NCBI GenBank assembly: GCA_037200925.1
Contig: JBBCGO010000001.1
Span: 824,235 to 888,234, forward strand
DNA length: 64,000 bases
Reading direction: 5' to 3'
Source of the DNA: Candidatus Doudnabacteria bacterium
GTDB taxonomy: Bacteria > Patescibacteriota > Doudnabacteria > UBA920 > O2-02-FULL-48-8
Shown: piece after piece, positions 58,481-64,000 of the stretch
Layout of the letters: every line of letters starts with the position of its first letter
Position numbering within the stretch: the first letter of the stretch is position 1
Position numbers and translations under genes: made by a program
The notes under the pieces: generated by a model
The model's database searches: none
Told to the model about the DNA's origin: nothing
Seen by the model: the letters and a program-made list of their open reading frames with translations, nothing else

Positions 58481-59437
58481 ATGTTCAGAAATAAAAAACC
58501 AAAAAATCAATACGGAACGTTTGCTACCGACAGGCCACAGAACAAAAAAACTGCGAAAATTTTAATTACGGTTTTGCTGGGCGTGATTTTTGTTTTGGGC
58601 GTTGGTATTGCTTTGTTTAGGAAAGCCAATAAGCCTGTCCAGATAGCCGAAGTGCAGCAAATTTCAGCTACGATCCCGGGATGGTGGTATCAGCAATATT
58701 TCGGTTCCAGCGTTTGTACTCCTCAAAGCAGCAATTGGAATGTTTGTAAACCCGACGCTGATCCAGACCACGATGTATTGACCAATGCGCAGGAATTTTA
58801 TTATCACACCGATCCTAATAATAACCACACCGTTGGAGATAAAATGTCTGACGGACAATTGGTCGCTGGTGGATTTGATCCGAGCAAATCAGGAAAAATT
58901 ACTTTTGATCAGGCAGCCAACGACGGGAATATTTTTGGAGAAAGTTTGGTTTTTGACAAAGACATAAAAAGCATGATTTCGGATATGACCGATGTCAATA
59001 ATGCACCTTTACCCGACGTTAGTGATGCGAGCATCAAAACTTCGAATGACAATTCGAAGCAAAGCATTAGTGATTATTTAAACCAGCTTAACAATATTTT
59101 TAAGAAATATTTTCCAGATGACGTCGACATTGCAACCCTGATCAAGGTTCAGGACCCCAACGGCCTGGATGATTTGAGAACAAATACTGCCAAGGCATTG
59201 TCGGAAACAGAGCAAATTACGGTTCCATCTGACGCTGTGCAGCTTCAGAAATATCAAATTGGCCTGTTGCAAACTATTCCTTTAATCATGGTTTTGCCTT
59301 CCCAGAGTGAGCTGTCTGACACAACGAACGTAATTAGCAACTCTTGGTATGATAGTGTCCGTACTTACACTTCATTGGTTCAAAAGACCGGCATTGAAGC
59401 CACGAAATTAGTGAAAAAATACAATGTCGGTAAATAG
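58481..59437 (+). CDS. Membrane-anchored protein with a Ca-binding TSP3-like motif
   Basis: TM; DPDHDVLTNAQE..TDP motif. Confidence 0.7.
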   Translation: MFRNKKPKNQYGTFATDRPQNKKTAKILITVLLGVIFVLGVGIALFRKANKPVQIAEVQQISATIPGWWYQQYFGSSVCTPQSSNWNVCKPDADPDHDVLTNAQEFYYHTDPNNNHTVGDKMSDGQLVAGGFDPSKSGKITFDQAANDGNIFGESLVFDKDIKSMISDMTDVNNAPLPDVSDASIKTSNDNSKQSISDYLNQLNNIFKKYFPDDVDIATLIKVQDPNGLDDLRTNTAKALSETEQITVPSDAVQLQKYQIGLLQTIPLIMVLPSQSELSDTTNVISNSWYDSVRTYTSLVQKTGIEATKLVKKYNVGK

Positions 59438-61145
59438 AATAAAAAAAACAATCTCGATTGGCTTAACTGGAAGCATTGTTTTATTGCAAGTTTTGTTTTT
59501 TTCATTGGCTTCAGCTCCTTCTGTAGCTCACGCGGATGATTTTCCTTTGCCGTCAACCTTTATTCCGCCGTCAACAATAGCAATTACCGTGCCCACAACA
59601 ACGGCGTTGAACATACCCGATCAGCTCGATAATAAATACATTGCCATTATGAGGGGCATTGCTTTTGCCGCAGTCCAAAAATTCACCTCAGTTTTTATCA
59701 ATAAATTAACGGAGAAATATAAGATCAGGAACTACCTCTATTATGACCAAGTTTTAACTAATTATTATTTAAGCAATTATATTAGTGATAAGATCCAAGA
59801 CCCGAATTTGCGGCAAATATACGGCTTGATGAACGCAGGTTATGTAACAGGCCAATCAACAGGAACTACCGGAGGACCCGATCCGAACAAAGCTCTAATC
59901 CCAAGGCTTAAAACTGCGATCAATAATTATTATCAGAATAATTTTGGCGTGTCAGATAATGTGATAACCAACAATCCGAATAATTTATCGGGCTATGATT
60001 ATTATTCCACTGCTTTCAGTTATTATCTCAACCCGCCGGGTTATGTGTATCAAAACCTCCAGGGACAATTTGGGGCATTCCAGTCAGCCGCCACGACAGC
60101 GGCGCAGCTGGAAGTAATAGTCGGCAACAGTCTGAAAGCCGGGCGAGTTGTCGGAGGTTTTTGCAGTAATACGACCGATAACGTTTCCTGGGGCGATGGC
60201 TGGGCGCCTGCTTCATGTGTAGCCTCCGGCGGCAAATGGAATGCTTCGGCTCTGGATAATGCCCGATCTTTTATCGATAACCCCACCACTTTTATAAATA
60301 ATTGGTTACAGGGAGTTATATCAAGCCAGACCAACACCAATTTTGACCCAAATAACTTTTGGTACGCGATTGGCGGCGCCTTAGGAAACTTTTTACTTAA
60401 TTCATTAACCGCCAGTTCCAGTAGCAGTGCAGTAATAAATGAAGATCCAAATCACCCTTATGTTCCATCAAACAATGGGGGAATTACTTCGGGGGCAAAT
60501 ATAGATATTGATGGCGACGGGATAGCAGACGGATTTTCTGTCAATAATAACGGTATAATTGATAATTGTTTCTTTGGCGGCACAGCTCCAAATAATTGCG
60601 TCGGATCGAAAACTGCGCTGGCTCCGCCACCAGCGGGGGGAACTTGTACTGTGACCAGTACGGGCACGGCTGGCACACAACCGGATTCAATTGATCTGAA
60701 TTCCGTTGTATATGAAGCAGGTTCACCTAATGTCGCCGGCTGGGCCCAGACCGCGACCATCACAAATCCCGATCTCTCTGCAAATGGTTCAATTGATTTT
60801 ACTAAGAAAGATGGTCCTGACCGTTGGCCAGATCAGCCGTATACTGCGGGAAGCGCCGACACAATTCAATACACTATCTGGTATTTCCTGTATATTGACG
60901 GCCAATGGTATGGAGCTGCGGTGGTTGATCAGTGGTTTGGAAGGCCAGGCAATGGAGGCGGCATTTATAATTCCAATCCGCCGCTCTGCAATTGGGCAAC
61001 CGGCAGCCAGTACGGTCCGATGTTCGGGCATATGATCGTGCCAGGCGAGAAAGTCGGAATTATGGTTACTGCAGGAGGGGTGCGGCAGAACCATGATTCA
61101 AATATCAAAGAGAGATCAGACGTTGTAGTTGTGCCGGCACCTTGA
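59424..61145 (+). CDS. Secreted/membrane protein of a CPR secretion-like cluster, with a Trp-rich C-terminal domain
   Basis: Signal peptide, FIDNP motif, DIDGDG Ca motif; overlaps the upstream gene. Confidence 0.7.
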   Translation: MSVNRIKKTISIGLTGSIVLLQVLFFSLASAPSVAHADDFPLPSTFIPPSTIAITVPTTTALNIPDQLDNKYIAIMRGIAFAAVQKFTSVFINKLTEKYKIRNYLYYDQVLTNYYLSNYISDKIQDPNLRQIYGLMNAGYVTGQSTGTTGGPDPNKALIPRLKTAINNYYQNNFGVSDNVITNNPNNLSGYDYYSTAFSYYLNPPGYVYQNLQGQFGAFQSAATTAAQLEVIVGNSLKAGRVVGGFCSNTTDNVSWGDGWAPASCVASGGKWNASALDNARSFIDNPTTFINNWLQGVISSQTNTNFDPNNFWYAIGGALGNFLLNSLTASSSSSAVINEDPNHPYVPSNNGGITSGANIDIDGDGIADGFSVNNNGIIDNCFFGGTAPNNCVGSKTALAPPPAGGTCTVTSTGTAGTQPDSIDLNSVVYEAGSPNVAGWAQTATITNPDLSANGSIDFTKKDGPDRWPDQPYTAGSADTIQYTIWYFLYIDGQWYGAAVVDQWFGRPGNGGGIYNSNPPLCNWATGSQYGPMFGHMIVPGEKVGIMVTAGGVRQNHDSNIKERSDVVVVPAP

Positions 61146-61166
61146 TGTGCTGTTAAATTTGAAAAG

Positions 61167-64000
61167 ATGAAACAAAAAGCAAAAATTAGTATATTTATGA
61201 GTTCAATCTTGGCAAGCTTAGTGTTTGCTAATTTTGCTTTGGCGCAGGCAAATCCTCCGATTATTGTCACAAATCCTTTTCCTTCCACGACTACTACACC
61301 TTCTACACCCGATACTATTACTTCGGCTGAGCTCATCCAGATGGATAAGACTGGGCAACAAATGCGCGATGCCTACACGAATGGTGCCGGGACCTTCACG
61401 GGCTTTACCCATAGCGTGGAAAGCTGGTCTTATGCGCCATTTGATACATATAAACAACAATGCAAGGCCATTGGTGATAAACTCGCCCAAGCGTTCCCAA
61501 ATACTGTGAATACCAGCAGCGGTGTGAGTACCACCGTAGGTCTGAATACTATATTTGATCCGTACAATTTTTATTGCACCTGGGGCAGGTATACGGGAGT
61601 TTCCACAACACCCGACAGCTTAGGAAGGAATATTACTGTTGTAAAAGATGACCAAATTGATAATTTGAGGATCATGAAAATGAGCGGCGGTTCCATCAGT
61701 TCCTTGCCTGAAATTCAAAAGAACAGGGAAGCCGCGCAGGCGGCATCGGATAATCAAAGAGCTTCGGTCAATCCTTTAAGCCAGGCGGTAGGCTGGGTTA
61801 TATCGTTTATTTTGAATGTGATTACATATGTACTTTTGGCATTGAGTTCTTTGGCCGGCATAATATTGAACTGGTCAATTGGGAATTTCGGATCGGCAAT
61901 TCAGAGCGAAATAGTATTGAGCGGATGGACAATTGTGCGGGATCTAATGAACATGTTTTTCATTCTTGCGTTTATCGCTATGGCTTTGGCCACAATTTTA
62001 CAGATCGGAGAAGAGTACAACTACAAGCGCTTACTGCCAAAATTGATTATTATGGCTTTACTTATAAATTTCAGCAAAGTCATTGCCGATACGCTGATCA
62101 ATTTTTCCAATTTTTTAACGCAAGTATTTGTTCCGGCGGGCGGGTTTGGTGATTTTGGTCAATTTATTTCAGGGCTTGTAACTCAGGGCCAGGGACCGTT
62201 GGGCCTTTTTATTACCAGTTCCGGCGGAGCGGCAGCGGCATTGGGTCAAGGCATCCTCAAAGTCATAACAGCACTAATTATTACGTTCAGTTTTTTGGCA
62301 ATTGCCGGATTGCTGCTGGTGAGGATAGTCGGGTTATGGGTTCTGACCGTGATCTCTCCTGTAGCATATGCTTTAAATATTTTACCCATCACTGAACACT
62401 ATGCTCGGGAGTGGTGGCAGTGGTTCATCAAATATTTGATCTGGGCTCCTGTATCAATTTTCATGTTGAGAATAGGGGAACAACTGATCGCTATTAAAGG
62501 CTCGCTTACCACCAATGATATGTTTAGTTTTATATTGGTTTCGTTCTTCATGTTTTCGGCGGTGCTAGTGGCGCAAAAAGCCGGCATGGTGGGAGGCGAT
62601 ATGATAATCAACGGAGTAAAAGGCGGAATGGCATTTGCCGGCGGACTCGTGGGAGGAACCGTAGGGAGAGCGTATACAAAGCGAATGAATGCCAATGCTG
62701 ATGCCGCAACTGTGTCCGGAAATACATTCAGAGCGGGGCTGTATAAAGCCGCTGCTTTCTTGAATCCTGTAGCGGCGAGGAAGGCTTTTGAACAGCGCAG
62801 CCACCATCTCGAAGAAGAAGCTTATGGTCCGGCTGTAGGCGCGATGCACGATACTTTGAACCGCGTTATGCCGACTGAATGGCACAATTTAGGCAATGTA
62901 CTTAAGGGCCAGGCTCCAAGTTTAGGCAGAACGACCCAGTTTGGCCAAATAGAAAGCAACCGCGTCATAAACAAGAAAGTTAAAGAAATTAACGAAGCCG
63001 GTTTGACGGAAAAGCAAAGAAGCGAGGGATATATGTCATCCTCCCATTTGGTGGATAAATTGGCTTATGGCCGGGCCATAGCCATGAATAACGGTCAGGA
63101 TGGCTTGGCTGGTGAAAGAGGTCAGAAATATGATCCTACAGCCTATAAAGAAATGATATTTAAGGATTTGATCGCGGCGGGAGCTAATCCTTTGCAAGCC
63201 GGGCGGGAAGCGAATTATATTTCTGAACTGTCCGATGGAAACAAGAAAATCCGGGATTTGGGAGCGGGGGTTGAGGCTGATGTTGACGGTAAACCGCGCG
63301 CGACAGTTGATCTATCTGCAGTTATAGACTTAGGAAAGAAAAATTTTGACGGACCGGATGGATTACAGTCATATTTAAAGAAATTAGGAGTTATTAATCC
63401 CACTACAAACCAATTTGAAGATCGAACGGGAAATGAGCTGGGAGTTGTCAATAATATGGATGATTTTAATGCCTTGTTGAATAAAACCGGCATAACAGAA
63501 GATGAGAAATTATATGATGGCAAGGACTTCAGGCATGAAATAATGAGCGCCCGCGGAGCGCTCGAAGCCGATAGGCGCGGGAAAAGATGGGACGCTGAAG
63601 ATCTGGCTAAGGCATTGGAGCCTGCAGGCACCCATGTCCAGGAATTAAACGGAACATGGGAACATCTTAGCGGCCAAGGCTCAAGATTTTATCAAAGAAT
63701 GAATCCTTCCGTCGGAGCTGCAATTCCGGGAATGCGCAGAACCGCGCCGCGTATGCAAGCCACGATAGGAGGCAGTATAGATGTTAATGGTAAAATTGAT
63801 TATAGTTCAATACCAACCGATCCCAAAAAGCTAAAAATTTTAGTGGAGAATGTCCATTCCGGGCCTGAAGTTGCTTCTGGATTACTGACAAAGGGTAACA
63901 TTGATTTTACAACCGCAGAAAGGATAAGAGATCTTGTGAATGCAGAATTAAAGGAATATAGAAATTCGAAAAAAGCCACAAAAGAATTAGTTGTTGCACA
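61167..64000 (+). CDS. VirB6/TrbL-like polytopic membrane protein, 3'-partial (absent from the ORF track because it has no stop)
   Basis: MKQKAKISIF signal; GWTIVRDLMNMFFI..LPKLIIMALLINFS motif; frame is still open at the window end. Confidence 0.8.
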   Translation, partial: MKQKAKISIFMSSILASLVFANFALAQANPPIIVTNPFPSTTTTPSTPDTITSAELIQMDKTGQQMRDAYTNGAGTFTGFTHSVESWSYAPFDTYKQQCKAIGDKLAQAFPNTVNTSSGVSTTVGLNTIFDPYNFYCTWGRYTGVSTTPDSLGRNITVVKDDQIDNLRIMKMSGGSISSLPEIQKNREAAQAASDNQRASVNPLSQAVGWVISFILNVITYVLLALSSLAGIILNWSIGNFGSAIQSEIVLSGWTIVRDLMNMFFILAFIAMALATILQIGEEYNYKRLLPKLIIMALLINFSKVIADTLINFSNFLTQVFVPAGGFGDFGQFISGLVTQGQGPLGLFITSSGGAAAALGQGILKVITALIITFSFLAIAGLLLVRIVGLWVLTVISPVAYALNILPITEHYAREWWQWFIKYLIWAPVSIFMLRIGEQLIAIKGSLTTNDMFSFILVSFFMFSAVLVAQKAGMVGGDMIINGVKGGMAFAGGLVGGTVGRAYTKRMNANADAATVSGNTFRAGLYKAAAFLNPVAARKAFEQRSHHLEEEAYGPAVGAMHDTLNRVMPTEWHNLGNVLKGQAPSLGRTTQFGQIESNRVINKKVKEINEAGLTEKQRSEGYMSSSHLVDKLAYGRAIAMNNGQDGLAGERGQKYDPTAYKEMIFKDLIAAGANPLQAGREANYISELSDGNKKIRDLGAGVEADVDGKPRATVDLSAVIDLGKKNFDGPDGLQSYLKKLGVINPTTNQFEDRTGNELGVVNNMDDFNALLNKTGITEDEKLYDGKDFRHEIMSARGALEADRRGKRWDAEDLAKALEPAGTHVQELNGTWEHLSGQGSRFYQRMNPSVGAAIPGMRRTAPRMQATIGGSIDVNGKIDYSSIPTDPKKLKILVENVHSGPEVASGLLTKGNIDFTTAERIRDLVNAELKEYRNSKKATKELVVA

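Noticed and set aside
61225-62152. Short ORFs suggesting a decayed region at the right end
   Set aside because: They are alternate frames of one long ORF from 61167 that runs off the window

Overview
Bacterial chromosomal window that looks like a Patescibacteria (CPR) genome. This is an inference from the CPR-type VirB6-like membrane protein, an IleRS with an inserted phosphatase domain, short RecO/M24 proteins, CPR-type surface repeats and scarce Shine-Dalgarno sites. The left two thirds (1-41.8 kb) is accessory. It holds a tRNA-Asn(GUU) split by a group I intron that encodes an HNH endonuclease, and surface proteins (an ice-binding/isopeptide/thioester adhesin, Ig-repeat protein, class F sortase, lysyl-oxidase/PQQ-dehydrogenase fusion). 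It also has a CheB-CheR-PAS-GGDEF-EAL protein, a Zur/ZIP/YcnI metal island, DsbA/DsbB, a DedA-GT4-PAP2 lipid cluster, msrB, dinB and a cobalamin-riboswitch locus. The right third is mostly housekeeping (infC-rpmI-rplT, tmRNA/smpB, argS, T-box + frameshifted ileS, recO, pcrA, rsmA), ending in a CPR secretion/pilus-like cluster. The best leads are: the tRNA intron whose endonuclease ORF overlaps the ribozyme core; an actinobacterial-type ultrashort T-box; four self-contained ORFan cassettes sharing a GGAGGA..TGT start signal; two orphan structured RNA candidates; heptamer repeats in both intergenic and coding DNA; and a putative copper-sensing arrest peptide fused upstream of ycnI. All family calls come from motif recognition by eye; no database searches were run.
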